UHGV virus genome: UHGV-1383976
DNA from: a virus
Direction: 5' to 3' (one strand)
Length of the DNA: 64,000 bases
This document shows, piece by piece, positions 9,967 through 19,717 of this stretch (its first letter is position 1; each line of letters opens with the position of its first letter). The notes below the pieces were generated by a model. The model was given only the letters and a program-made list of their open reading frames with translations. It made no database searches and was not told the DNA's origin. The translations under genes and the position numbers were made by a program.

Positions 9967-10544
9967 AATGTCTCCTTTCCATAATGTAGGGTTAAAGCGC
10001 CAAATGAATTACCTAATGCAGCAACTAAAATTTTTCGGAAGGAAATTGGTATAGAGCCTGCCGCTGAATAAAACATATTGGCAATGCAGTGATCAAAACC
10101 ACAATAAACAAATAAAAACACAGGGAGCATTATAGCAAGAAGGGACTTTGTTCGTTTGAATCCTTCAACTGCGCAATAGACACATACTCCGCACAAGTAG
10201 GAGCTAAAGAGTAAATTGGCATATGGCATTTCTGCTTTTGAAGAAGCAACTGAGTCGGCCAAAAATGGATTTACCCACCACACCAATAAGCCCAATAGCG
10301 CAGCACCAGCAAAATTTGCAATAAGCATTATACTTAAATCAATAAGATCTGCGCTATCACCTACATAAGCAATACGGCCAGTATAAAGTGGAAGGCTAAG
10401 TTCTAAAATTGAAACAAGCCCAAAGCTAAATAACAGTGCACCCAATATCTTATTTTGGCTAATGAGGTTGGCATATCCGCCAACCCCAATTAGCATACCT
10501 GCAAAGAAAGCAGGAATTATATTATAATTATCTTTTTTTATCAT
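9951..10544 (-). CDS. Small integral membrane protein, possible nucleoside/vitamin-type transporter
   Basis: 197 aa with 5-6 predicted TM helices. Its own consensus promoter lies at 10547-10582. Transporter family not assignable by eye. Confidence 0.45.
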   Translation of the reverse strand: MIKKDNYNIIPAFFAGMLIGVGGYANLISQNKILGALLFSFGLVSILELSLPLYTGRIAYVGDSADLIDLSIMLIANFAGAALLGLLVWWVNPFLADSVASSKAEMPYANLLFSSYLCGVCVYCAVEGFKRTKSLLAIMLPVFLFVYCGFDHCIANMFYSAAGSIPISFRKILVAALGNSFGALTLHYGKETLWTKI

Positions 10545-10546
10545 AT

Positions 10547-10582
10547 TTATATTATATCAAAATTTTATTGAAAAATCAAATT
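10547..10582 (-). promoter_or_regulatory. Consensus phage promoter (TTGATT-N17-TATAAT)
   Basis: Minus-strand reading AAATTTGATTTTT-N-GATATAATATAAATA. The -35 is at 10574-10579 and the -10 at 10551-10556, with a 17-nt spacer. Confidence 0.55.
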
Positions 10583-11145
10583 TCGAGTTCGCAAATGTGC
10601 GCTTTTTCCAAAGTTTGGTGAACATCTATAAGGCGCTGATTACGAGAGCCACGGAATGGCAAAGTTAAATCACGCTGCTCAAGAATAAAAGGACCATCTA
10701 CCACAACATCGCAAAGTTGGAGTGTTGTTGAAATGCGGCGAGGGGGATTGAAATCCTCCCAGTCCAAGTGGTAGCCAGTATAGAGCCAAATGTCCTTATC
10801 AGGAAATTTTTCTTTGATTTCCCTTAACAACTTATAGATAGTATTGTTGTTTTGTGGCTCAAGTGGATGACCGCCAGAAAGAGTAATGCCTTTTACCCAA
10901 GGTTTAGACAGGGCGTCAAACAATTCTTCTTTTGCGGCATCATCAAAAGGCTTACCTGCACAAAAGTCCCAAGTTTCAGGATTATGACATTCTTTACAAT
11001 GGAGGGAACATCCGGATACCCAAAGGACGACACGTACACCAAAGCCATTTGCGATGTCGCATTTTGTTATTTTGATATAATTCATTATGATTCTCCCAAA
11101 TGTAAGACGCGCTCTTTTATTTCTTGGGTACGGCCAAAATTCCAA
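10576..11145 (-). CDS. nrdG: Anaerobic ribonucleotide reductase activating protein (radical SAM)
   Basis: GCSLHCKEC is a Cx3Cx2C radical-SAM cluster motif. About 190 aa, located directly downstream of nrdD. Confidence 0.8.
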   Translation of the reverse strand: MEFWPYPRNKRARLTFGRIIMNYIKITKCDIANGFGVRVVLWVSGCSLHCKECHNPETWDFCAGKPFDDAAKEELFDALSKPWVKGITLSGGHPLEPQNNNTIYKLLREIKEKFPDKDIWLYTGYHLDWEDFNPPRRISTTLQLCDVVVDGPFILEQRDLTLPFRGSRNQRLIDVHQTLEKAHICELEI

Positions 11146-13241
11146 AAATTAGAGCCAATATAGCCGCAAGTACGACGTGCAACATTCAAGGTAGAATGGT
11201 CGCGATTACCACAATTTGGACAATACCATTCCATATTATCATCAATAAGAATTTCGCCATCAAAACCACACTTCTGACAGTAGTCACTTTTTGTGTTAAG
11301 TTCAGCATACATTATGTTATCGTAAATAAACCTATAAAGCTCCAAGACAGCAGGAATGTTGTTTTGTAAATTAGGAACCTCTACATAGCTTATTGCACCA
11401 CCCGGACTAAGTTTTTGAAACTCAGCCTCAAAAGCAAGTTTATCAAAGGCATTGATTTCTTCAAAAACAGGGACATGATAACTGTTTGTAATATAATTAC
11501 GATCATGCTCATCAAGTTTAATAAATATATCATTACCAAATCGCTGCTTCAAACAACGTGCAAACTTATATGTTGTACTCTCAATAGGAGCGCCATAAAG
11601 AGAATAATCAATTTTTTCGACAGCTTTCCATTCAGCACACTTCTCATTTAAACGTGCCATTACTTCAAGAGCAAAAGGTTTTCCATCAGTTTGTGTATGA
11701 CTATGTCCTGTCATATATTTTACGCACTCATAAAGACCAGCATACCCAAGTGAAATTGTTGAATAGCCATTATGAAGCAACTTATCAAGCCTCTCACCTT
11801 TTTCAAGGCGGGCGAGTGCGCCATTTTGCCAAAGAATAGGGGCAACATCACTAAGGGTTCCCTCAAGACGTTTATGCCTAAGCTGAAGTGCTTTGTGGCA
11901 CAGTTCAGTGCGCTCTTCAAATAACTGCCAAAACTTATCAATATTGCCGCCTGAGCTAAAAGCCAAATCTGGTAAACTGATTGTAACAACACCTTGGTTG
12001 AAACGACCGTAGTATTTTGGGTTATTATTTTCATCAATATAAGGAGTTAGAAAACTTCTACAACCCATACAAGGATAGCAACGCCCCTTACCGGTTTTAT
12101 CTTTTTTTAATTCCAGCATCATTTTTTCAGAAATAATATCGGGGACAAGGCGTTTTGCTGTACATTTTGCTGCGAGTTCTGTTAAATAAAAATATTTGTC
12201 GCCCGGCCGTAAATTATCAGGTTCAAGGACATAAAGTAACTTAGGAAATGCAGGTGTGATATAAACGCCTTTTTCATTCTTGAAGCCTAAAATACGTTGC
12301 TTAATAAACTCCTCTATCAACATTGCCAATTCATTCTTATATTCTTCTGTTTCATTTAAATACATAAACACAGAAAGAAATGGTGCTTGGCCATTTGTTG
12401 TTGTCATTGAATTGACTTGATAATTGAAAGTCTGAACAGCATCAACGACTTCTTTTTTTGTATCAAGTTGCGCATACTTGCACGCACTTTCATCATCAAA
12501 GCCCCAATCCTTATACTTTTTAAGATAAGCCTCATAAGAACTTCTAACAAAAGGAGCAAGGTGCGTAAGAGTAATAGTGGCACCGCCATACGAAGAAGAA
12601 GCAACACCAAGAATTACTTGCGTTGCAATCGTAGAAGCTGTTAAAATTCTGTGTGGCTTCTCAATTTTAACATTGTTGATTACAGTTCCATTTTGAAGAA
12701 CATCTTCCAAGTTGATAAGATCGCAATTATGGAGCGTTTTCTGACCAAAATAATCAATATCGTGGAAGTGTATAATGCCTTTCTCGTGAGCATCTACAAT
12801 TTCTGGAGGAAGAAGAAATCGTTTAGAGATATCTTCACTAACAATACCTGCCATGTAATCGCGCTGTGTTGTTACAAGATCAGCGTTTTTGTTTGAATTT
12901 TCCGCGTTCCAATAATCACTTGTGCCGCTAATTAGTTCAAGTAAATCTTTGTCTGTTGTATTACCTTCGCGCGCAAGCCTATGTTTATACCTATATTCAA
13001 CATAGCGCTCAGCTACGTCTTTTCTTGAACTAGCCATAAGCCGCTCAACTACTAAGTCTTGAATTTCTTCAACACTCAAATCTCTATTAAGTTTTTCTAT
13101 TTGAGTGGCCACCATTCGTGCCTTGTTTTTGGCATAAGATGTTTCACGTCCATCTACTTCCAAAAAGGCTTTGAGAATGGCAACTCTAATTTTCTCTTTA
13201 TCAAATGGAACCGTAGTTCCATCACGTTTTATGACGTACAA
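11085..13241 (-). CDS. nrdD: Anaerobic ribonucleoside-triphosphate reductase (class III RNR)
   Basis: 718 aa. C-terminal glycyl-radical motif RRTCGYIG, a C-terminal Zn ribbon (CQKCGF...CPNCG) and an N-terminal ATP-cone-like region. Confidence 0.85.
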   Translation of the reverse strand: MYVIKRDGTTVPFDKEKIRVAILKAFLEVDGRETSYAKNKARMVATQIEKLNRDLSVEEIQDLVVERLMASSRKDVAERYVEYRYKHRLAREGNTTDKDLLELISGTSDYWNAENSNKNADLVTTQRDYMAGIVSEDISKRFLLPPEIVDAHEKGIIHFHDIDYFGQKTLHNCDLINLEDVLQNGTVINNVKIEKPHRILTASTIATQVILGVASSSYGGATITLTHLAPFVRSSYEAYLKKYKDWGFDDESACKYAQLDTKKEVVDAVQTFNYQVNSMTTTNGQAPFLSVFMYLNETEEYKNELAMLIEEFIKQRILGFKNEKGVYITPAFPKLLYVLEPDNLRPGDKYFYLTELAAKCTAKRLVPDIISEKMMLELKKDKTGKGRCYPCMGCRSFLTPYIDENNNPKYYGRFNQGVVTISLPDLAFSSGGNIDKFWQLFEERTELCHKALQLRHKRLEGTLSDVAPILWQNGALARLEKGERLDKLLHNGYSTISLGYAGLYECVKYMTGHSHTQTDGKPFALEVMARLNEKCAEWKAVEKIDYSLYGAPIESTTYKFARCLKQRFGNDIFIKLDEHDRNYITNSYHVPVFEEINAFDKLAFEAEFQKLSPGGAISYVEVPNLQNNIPAVLELYRFIYDNIMYAELNTKSDYCQKCGFDGEILIDDNMEWYCPNCGNRDHSTLNVARRTCGYIGSNFWNFGRTQEIKERVLHLGES

Positions 13242-13242
13242 A

Positions 13243-13443
13243 TCAATCCCTCCCCGGTTCCTCTAAATAACAAAAACGACAATAGCCATCAATAAATTCA
13301 TGAGTACATTGCTTCTGTAATTCACGATTTTCTTTTATCAGCGCAGCTACTGTATTATTCAGAGTATAAACATTCGGGGTCATAATGGACTGAATTATAT
13401 CATTGTTTGCTTCAATTTTTTCATGTATTTCTTGGTTAGACAT
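13243..13443 (-). CDS. Hypothetical small protein
   Basis: 66-aa ORF with CxxC at the C-terminus. Confidence 0.3.
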   Translation of the reverse strand: MSNQEIHEKIEANNDIIQSIMTPNVYTLNNTVAALIKENRELQKQCTHEFIDGYCRFCYLEEPGRD

Positions 13444-14581
13444 ATTTCAGCTTTCCTCCTTTTAGTTCTACATTGCGGGCTTCATAAAAGGCCTTGAATA
13501 AATCATAGTTTTTTACACGGATTTTTGTCAGAGAAAGGCGCGCATCAATCTTAGTGGGGACGTGCGGTCTTTTTGTTTTTTCATCTGGCAATGACCGACA
13601 AAATGCATAGACGCTATCACTATCAAGATATTCCTCAAAGACATCTCGATGGCGTGGAGACATTAGTGATACTGCATAGCAATTCATCAGATCAATTGTT
13701 TTGTCCCATCCCATTTTCTCAAAATATTCTTGGTCGTAGCGGAATTTGATTCGAGAAAATGTGTGGCGAAAATATATAATTTGCTTATGAATTAGCGGCA
13801 AAACGCGCTCATAAAAATCATCTTGTGAATTACATTCACGTGTGATGTCGCATTCAAGTTTACTTTTCTTTTTATCCCCTGTTATATAGACATTTTCCAA
13901 CATATCATTTGGAATAAGCCCATCATAAAGAAAAGTAAAATATTGAGATGAAGTCGGCAGGCTCATCCATTGGAGAAGCGAATTCGTATTCTCCGCATAA
14001 ACAGGAAATTTGCTTGAAACATATGGATGAAAAATTCCATAGTTTTTCATTTGTTTCAATAAGTCTTGAATAATTTCAAACGCTCCATCTATTTGGCCGG
14101 GCGTGAAATCATGTAAGAACAAATTGGTTTTTGAGTTGAATGAAGAGGCGAGCTGCCGCGAGAACTGTGGATTTATTGTCGTTCCATCAAGAGAAAGTCG
14201 CAGATGTTGTGCTTTCGTAAGCGATTGGAACGTTAGTGCCATTACCTCACTTGTCTCAAATAACCGTCGCTGTGTCTGATAGATAGACGTATCAGGCGGC
14301 AAATTTTCAATTTCTGGTGGCAATTGTAGATATTGGTTGTCTGAAAAAGCAAGCCCACCAGTTTCAACATTCTTATAAGTGCGGAAATTGGGAATGAAGT
14401 CGCCATCATTGTAATCCTTGTAATAATACAACTTGGTGTAATATTCTGGCGAAAAAGAGGGAGTTAAAGAAATAATATCCCTCTTTCTGCGGTAATATGT
14501 GGCCATTTTCATTATCTCAAGATTGAAGGCTGTGTGAGTAAAGTGCTTCATATCTTCATCATAGAATCCAATTGCAGCCAT
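13436..14581 (-). CDS. Hypothetical protein (replication-module associated)
   Basis: 381-aa ORF immediately downstream of, and translationally coupled to, the polymerase gene. Confidence 0.5.
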   Translation of the reverse strand: MAAIGFYDEDMKHFTHTAFNLEIMKMATYYRRKRDIISLTPSFSPEYYTKLYYYKDYNDGDFIPNFRTYKNVETGGLAFSDNQYLQLPPEIENLPPDTSIYQTQRRLFETSEVMALTFQSLTKAQHLRLSLDGTTINPQFSRQLASSFNSKTNLFLHDFTPGQIDGAFEIIQDLLKQMKNYGIFHPYVSSKFPVYAENTNSLLQWMSLPTSSQYFTFLYDGLIPNDMLENVYITGDKKKSKLECDITRECNSQDDFYERVLPLIHKQIIYFRHTFSRIKFRYDQEYFEKMGWDKTIDLMNCYAVSLMSPRHRDVFEEYLDSDSVYAFCRSLPDEKTKRPHVPTKIDARLSLTKIRVKNYDLFKAFYEARNVELKGGKLKYV

Positions 14582-17500
14582 TTACTCACCCCTTACGTGC
14601 GTTGTAATGCGACCATATTCATCAATGTCTGTTATTTCTTCGATTAGATGATATGGAGTTCGGGAGTATTTCTTTGCCAGAAACCCGTCATCCCTTCTAA
14701 TACCACACACAATAATCTTGTTGCCGCGTGAAAAGATCGATTTTTCAATAATATGCTTCTTTCCATCTGGCTCTCTTTCAGAAATTTGTTTGTCATAATT
14801 CGCAAATGCTTCTCCAAAAATTTTGACTTGAACAACACCATCTTTTGTCAATAACGAAACAATCTTTTTTGCTTTATCTCTATCCAACACAGTCCCGCAA
14901 ATACGATGTATTCTATAAATCGGAATCGGCGCGCTATCACTATCTTTGCCGCGTGGTTTGAAATAAGTTTCAACGTCAGGCTGCTCTTTCAGCTTGAAAA
15001 AGTCTGAAAAACCTTGAGCGCGCTCATCAATATTTTGCAATTCATGCTCATGGAAATAACACGAAACACTATCCATTTCCCACTTACTTATCGAGCCAAG
15101 ACAATACTTATTCCATACATCTCGCGTCAACCGCTCATTCACGGTGTCTAATAACTCGTCGTGATTTTCTTTTATCCATTTGCGAACATTATCCATATAT
15201 TTCTTATAGATTTTATCCCAAGCTGTGATACTAATTTTGAAACCACTTTCAGTTTCATCACTTGTACTCAAACAGTCGAGTGAGAAGTTTTTATCGAGAA
15301 AATTCAACGCGATATTATCCAGTCCATAGAACGAGGAATCTAACTTCATTTTTTTGAGGTATTTCGTGAAATTATAAACACGACGTTCAAAGTCAAGTTT
15401 TTCTGGTAGCATCCCAAAATTTATCAACATTGCCATATTTTGAAGGGTAATGCGTTTTTTTGTATCACTAATTAGGCCGACATATTCACGCATTAGATTT
15501 ACTCTATCGCCAAAGGCATCAAAAGCGCCGCATTTTATAAGGTTTATCATTTGTGGCTTGTTAATTTTGACTTTAGAGAGAAAGTCTGGAATTGATGTGT
15601 AGGGACGATTGGCAATTATGGATTTGACGATGTCTTCGCCGACCTTGACGATGCCGCTCATACCGTAGCGAATTGTTGAGTTTTCAACATCAGGGGAGAA
15701 GGTAAAAGTGGATTTATTGATATCAGGAGGAGAAATAGAAATCCCGGCCATTCGCATCTTACCAATCGCCGACGCAATTTTACCATAGTTGGTTGTTTTG
15801 ACTTTTTTCTTTTTCTTCTTTATATCAATTTTTTCTTCTTCTTCTTCATCATCGTCGTCATCATCTTCGGTGTCATCGACAAATTCTTCAATACAGTTAT
15901 TATAACTATATTCAATAATGTTTTCTGACGTTTCATCTTCATCATCATTTGACTCATTGCCGCCACTATCGCTAATCAAACACGCGCAATTCCAAAAAAT
16001 TGTTGGAAAACGATATGCAAGATTCATTTCCTGCAAAGCTACAAGCGAATAGGAAAGAGTGTGTGCGCGGCAGAATGAATATCCTCTCTGGACTCTGAAC
16101 AAAACATCCCATACATAATGGGCAAGAGTCATATCACAACCTTTTTCTTTTGCATTTTCAAAATAGGCTTTTTCACATTCATCAAAGAGTTTACCTTGTT
16201 TTTTTGCAATCGCCTTTCGACATTTATCCGCAAAAGTCAGATTATTTCCTCCAAGCCTTTCTTCCTGCAGAAGCTGCATCATTCCTTCTTGACTCTCACA
16301 TATACCACTCGTTATCGCATTATGTCCAATTAACCATTTTATATCTTCATTTTTTAATCCATATTGAATCATTTCGTCTTGCCATTCATTGATATTCAAA
16401 CGATATCTTGCCCACATATCAAGTGGCTGCTCGGCTCCTTTTTCAGGAGCCATTAGACGAATTACTGAATTCAAAACAGCTAATTCACTAACGTTTTTAG
16501 GATGAGTTAGTGCTATTCCAGAAATGCCACTTGGCTGTTCCATTTGGAATAAACTGGATATCTTATGATTCCAAACCATTTCCCACATTTCTGGTGCAGT
16601 TCGTTCAAGATTATATATGCCAATTACACTTTCATAAGTTTCACGTAATGTTGGCTTTCGCTCTATATAACCATAATCACATAATAAGTCTAGCTCATTA
16701 TGTATTTTATCAAGGGCTTCAATTGACAACATATCAATTTTGATTAGCGATGCATCCTCCGCATCGTGAAGCTCAAAAGCCGTGATGACTGTGCCATCAG
16801 GCGCGCGAGTTAACGCTGTCGATTCCGTAAAAGGCTCGTCAACGAAGATTACTCCACCGGCGTGAACACCAATGCCGCAAATTAGCCCCTCAATTTTTGA
16901 AGCAACTTCCCAAACATCGCTGTAGGTTTTCATTGCTTCAACAAATTGTTTTACTGGCTTAAAACCTTTGTCTTCATCGCCCTTTATACATTGAGTAAGT
17001 GAGCGAAGTTGCCCACGATCGGCTGGAATCAGAGACGCCAAATAGGATGCTATATCAACATCAATTCCCAAGCCGCGGCAGGCCGTTAAAATTGCCGATT
17101 TAGATTTTTCTGTTTTGAATGTAATAACATTCGCAACTCTGTCTTCTCCATAAAACTCACGGAACTTCTGTAAAACTTGTGCGCGACGTCCACCTTCAAT
17201 ATCGGTATCGACATCCAATACTGAAGCTCGTTCGGGATTAAGAAAACGCCAATGAAATACTTGAGTTTCTTCTTGGACTGGATTTATCTGTGTTATATCC
17301 AATGCATATAACAAAGTAAATCCTGCACCCGAACCACGCCCCGGCCCGACAAGAGAACCAGCTTCCCAACATAAATCAATATTTTTCTGCAGATTCAGAA
17401 AATAAGTCGACCAATGTGTATGATTCGTTATTGACGAACGCCATGTATCATCAAGACAAATATTTATCTCATCATACGCTCGTTTGTTCTGCAAGCCCGG

Positions 17501-18571
17501 CTTCCGCTGGATGCCATCAATAATCGCCCAAACCAGTTTTCTATCACCCCAATAATCAGAGTTATAGAAAGTTTCCAAATAAGGGATTTCTTGTTTGAGA
17601 ATATCATATGCTGCCTCATCTTCAGGAAAAGTTTTCCAATAAAGTTCTGGAATTTTTAAGGGCCGCATTAGTGAAAAATCCTCACACATTTCACCTATTT
17701 TGAGAATATTGCAATATGCGAGTTGAAGTTGCTCTTCAGTGAAATAGTTGAAATACTCTTCTATTTCTTTTGTATCCATAAGATACGTAGTTGCATAGAA
17801 ATCATCTACTTCTCGCTCACCATTTTGTGCATTAAGATATGCTTTATGAATCGCGCAGTCTTCTTTTTTGAGATAATGGCTGTCAGTTGTTATAACATAG
17901 GAAATGTCATATTTAACTGATAATTCAAGCAACTTCTTATTTACATAAATCTGCTCTTTGTTATAACTTGGTTGCATTTCAAAAAAGAAATTACCGTGCC
18001 CAAAAAGTTTATCCAAAGACAAAATCCAGTTTTCAATTTTGCCATTGAGTGAGCTATCATTTCGCGCTTTGAGAAGCTGAGTAGGAAGACAGCCGCCAAG
18101 ACAAGCTGTCATTCCCACAATATGCCCCGGATTGGCTCCCACGATTTCAAACAAATCACTATAATAAGTTGGCATACGACGCATACCTCGCGCCATATAA
18201 CTACGCAATCCTGCGCGAGTAGATAATTCTCTAATTTGTTTATGCCCGATTGCATCTTTAGCTAACAAGATAAAATGATAATATTTATCTTGTCCCGCAA
18301 TAAAATTCGATGCGTTTAACCCATTTCGACAAAGATAAATTTCATTTCCTTGAATGAATTTGAAATCAGGACATTTTTCTTTTACTTTTTTATAATACTT
18401 TTCTGCCTTAATCGCGCCAGATATTGATTCATGGTCTGTAAGAGCGACGACTTTATGACCTAACTCGATGGCGCGATCAATTAGGTCTGAGACTTTTATT
18501 ATACAGTCTCGAAGCCTTTCATTAGAATAATCCGAATGATTATGTAGCGATCCGGGATACGGAATATTCAA
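14582..18571 (-). CDS. DNA polymerase III alpha subunit (DnaE/PolC family, N-terminal PHP domain)
   Basis: 1329 aa. The N-terminal PHP motif HNHSDYS...LTDHESISG matches the Pol III alpha PHP domain. Contains an acidic/Lys low-complexity insert (DDDDDDEEEEEKIDIKKKKKK). Confidence 0.85.
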   Translation of the reverse strand: MNIPYPGSLHNHSDYSNERLRDCIIKVSDLIDRAIELGHKVVALTDHESISGAIKAEKYYKKVKEKCPDFKFIQGNEIYLCRNGLNASNFIAGQDKYYHFILLAKDAIGHKQIRELSTRAGLRSYMARGMRRMPTYYSDLFEIVGANPGHIVGMTACLGGCLPTQLLKARNDSSLNGKIENWILSLDKLFGHGNFFFEMQPSYNKEQIYVNKKLLELSVKYDISYVITTDSHYLKKEDCAIHKAYLNAQNGEREVDDFYATTYLMDTKEIEEYFNYFTEEQLQLAYCNILKIGEMCEDFSLMRPLKIPELYWKTFPEDEAAYDILKQEIPYLETFYNSDYWGDRKLVWAIIDGIQRKPGLQNKRAYDEINICLDDTWRSSITNHTHWSTYFLNLQKNIDLCWEAGSLVGPGRGSGAGFTLLYALDITQINPVQEETQVFHWRFLNPERASVLDVDTDIEGGRRAQVLQKFREFYGEDRVANVITFKTEKSKSAILTACRGLGIDVDIASYLASLIPADRGQLRSLTQCIKGDEDKGFKPVKQFVEAMKTYSDVWEVASKIEGLICGIGVHAGGVIFVDEPFTESTALTRAPDGTVITAFELHDAEDASLIKIDMLSIEALDKIHNELDLLCDYGYIERKPTLRETYESVIGIYNLERTAPEMWEMVWNHKISSLFQMEQPSGISGIALTHPKNVSELAVLNSVIRLMAPEKGAEQPLDMWARYRLNINEWQDEMIQYGLKNEDIKWLIGHNAITSGICESQEGMMQLLQEERLGGNNLTFADKCRKAIAKKQGKLFDECEKAYFENAKEKGCDMTLAHYVWDVLFRVQRGYSFCRAHTLSYSLVALQEMNLAYRFPTIFWNCACLISDSGGNESNDDEDETSENIIEYSYNNCIEEFVDDTEDDDDDDEEEEEKIDIKKKKKKVKTTNYGKIASAIGKMRMAGISISPPDINKSTFTFSPDVENSTIRYGMSGIVKVGEDIVKSIIANRPYTSIPDFLSKVKINKPQMINLIKCGAFDAFGDRVNLMREYVGLISDTKKRITLQNMAMLINFGMLPEKLDFERRVYNFTKYLKKMKLDSSFYGLDNIALNFLDKNFSLDCLSTSDETESGFKISITAWDKIYKKYMDNVRKWIKENHDELLDTVNERLTRDVWNKYCLGSISKWEMDSVSCYFHEHELQNIDERAQGFSDFFKLKEQPDVETYFKPRGKDSDSAPIPIYRIHRICGTVLDRDKAKKIVSLLTKDGVVQVKIFGEAFANYDKQISEREPDGKKHIIEKSIFSRGNKIIVCGIRRDDGFLAKKYSRTPYHLIEEITDIDEYGRITTHVRGE

Positions 18572-18599
18572 CTTATCACCCCTTTCCTTTATTTTCTAT

Positions 18600-18635
18600 A
18601 TATATTATATCAAAAATTAGCCTAAAAGTCAAACT
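18600..18635 (-). promoter_or_regulatory. Consensus phage promoter upstream of the polymerase gene
   Basis: Minus strand TTGACT (18627-18632 on +) - N17 - TATAAT (18604-18609), with extended GATATAATATATATA. Confidence 0.55.
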
Positions 18636-19717
18636 TAAAAGCTCCACTCCGCGTTTTCGACTTCAACATCTACGATTTGCAATTGGGGGGTGTAATTTCC
18701 TAACCATTCATTAACATTGGGTTTACCCACAATTGTTAAACACATTTCAGGCCATTTATGAAGCTTTTCAATCAAGTCTTTTGCACGGAACTTTATGTAG
18801 GTAATTCCATTTTTTTCAATTCGTATTGTATCTTGATTCTTGCCGATTATTTTTACATCATCGGGTTTTATATAGAGGTTTGTTATCGCTATAAGACTCT
18901 GAGGATTATTTTGACCCCAAACTCTTTCGTAGCGTGCCAAATCAAAAATAATGTTGCTTATATCACTATCACTTGCCTTGCGAACGAAATCGACGTCATA
19001 GTTATTATTACCAAAGTCATAAGATGCCAATTGGGTATTAGAAAGATTCAGTAGTTCATTGCGGCTGTTGGCTGGAATAGCAAACCCAGCAGCGTTAGCG
19101 TGCCCTTGCACATAGTCAAACAATGACGTATCTAACAAATAGTCTTTGAACGACGTGAGCGCACTCTGCGAAAGTCCTCTAATACTTCCCTTTATCATTC
19201 CATCTGAGCCTTCGCGTCCTATCATTGTTGGCTTATGGTATCGCGCGCTAAGTTGCGTGGCAATTAGACCATTCAGCTCAGGAGGAAAGTCATCATCGTC
19301 ATCAAGTTTAACAAACAAAATTTTATTTTCTAGCAAATCATACTTGTGTATCTTATACTCAAGTTGCTCGGTTGCTTTTTCTTTTGCCTTATCTTGATGC
19401 GACTTTGCATTTGTACATTCGCGCGTGCTTTCAATTGCGAGCTTTTCAAGTGTTCCTTTTGCCCCGCGCTTGCCACTTGGCACAAGTGTTTCACCCATAA
19501 CAACTGCACGATAAAGGCGCTCTTTTTCCTCTTGAGAACCTACACGAATCATTGCATTTATCAATGGTGTTATGTAAAATGCAACAGTTGTCGGATTGAT
19601 CTCACCGCCCATTGAGTAGGACTGTTTTTCAACAAGAGTTTTGAGAAAAAAGTTTTGTATGTTAGAACAACCACGCTGAACAATAAATTGATTTTCATAA
19701 GACAACATACTCATCAT
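18635..19717 (-). CDS. RecJ-like ssDNA exonuclease, C-terminal part (DHHA1 region)
   Basis: The motif VQGHANAAGFAI resembles the DHHA1 GGGH motif. Its N-terminus (MMSMLSYENQFIV) continues the RecJ motif IV region that ends the upstream DHH ORF. Confidence 0.6.
   Translation of the reverse strand: MMSMLSYENQFIVQRGCSNIQNFFLKTLVEKQSYSMGGEINPTTVAFYITPLINAMIRVGSQEEKERLYRAVVMGETLVPSGKRGAKGTLEKLAIESTRECTNAKSHQDKAKEKATEQLEYKIHKYDLLENKILFVKLDDDDDFPPELNGLIATQLSARYHKPTMIGREGSDGMIKGSIRGLSQSALTSFKDYLLDTSLFDYVQGHANAAGFAIPANSRNELLNLSNTQLASYDFGNNNYDVDFVRKASDSDISNIIFDLARYERVWGQNNPQSLIAITNLYIKPDDVKIIGKNQDTIRIEKNGITYIKFRAKDLIEKLHKWPEMCLTIVGKPNVNEWLGNYTPQLQIVDVEVENAEWSF

Noticed and set aside
10852-12896. Multiple internal or antisense ORFs within nrdG/nrdD (for example 10852..11163, 11124..11369, 11720..12037, 12404..12610).
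   Set aside because: nrdD and nrdG are unambiguous. These are frame artefacts in an AT-rich sequence.
16118-17920. Plus-strand ORFs inside the polymerase gene.
   Set aside because: Antisense to a 1329-aa gene with the PHP and polymerase motifs intact.
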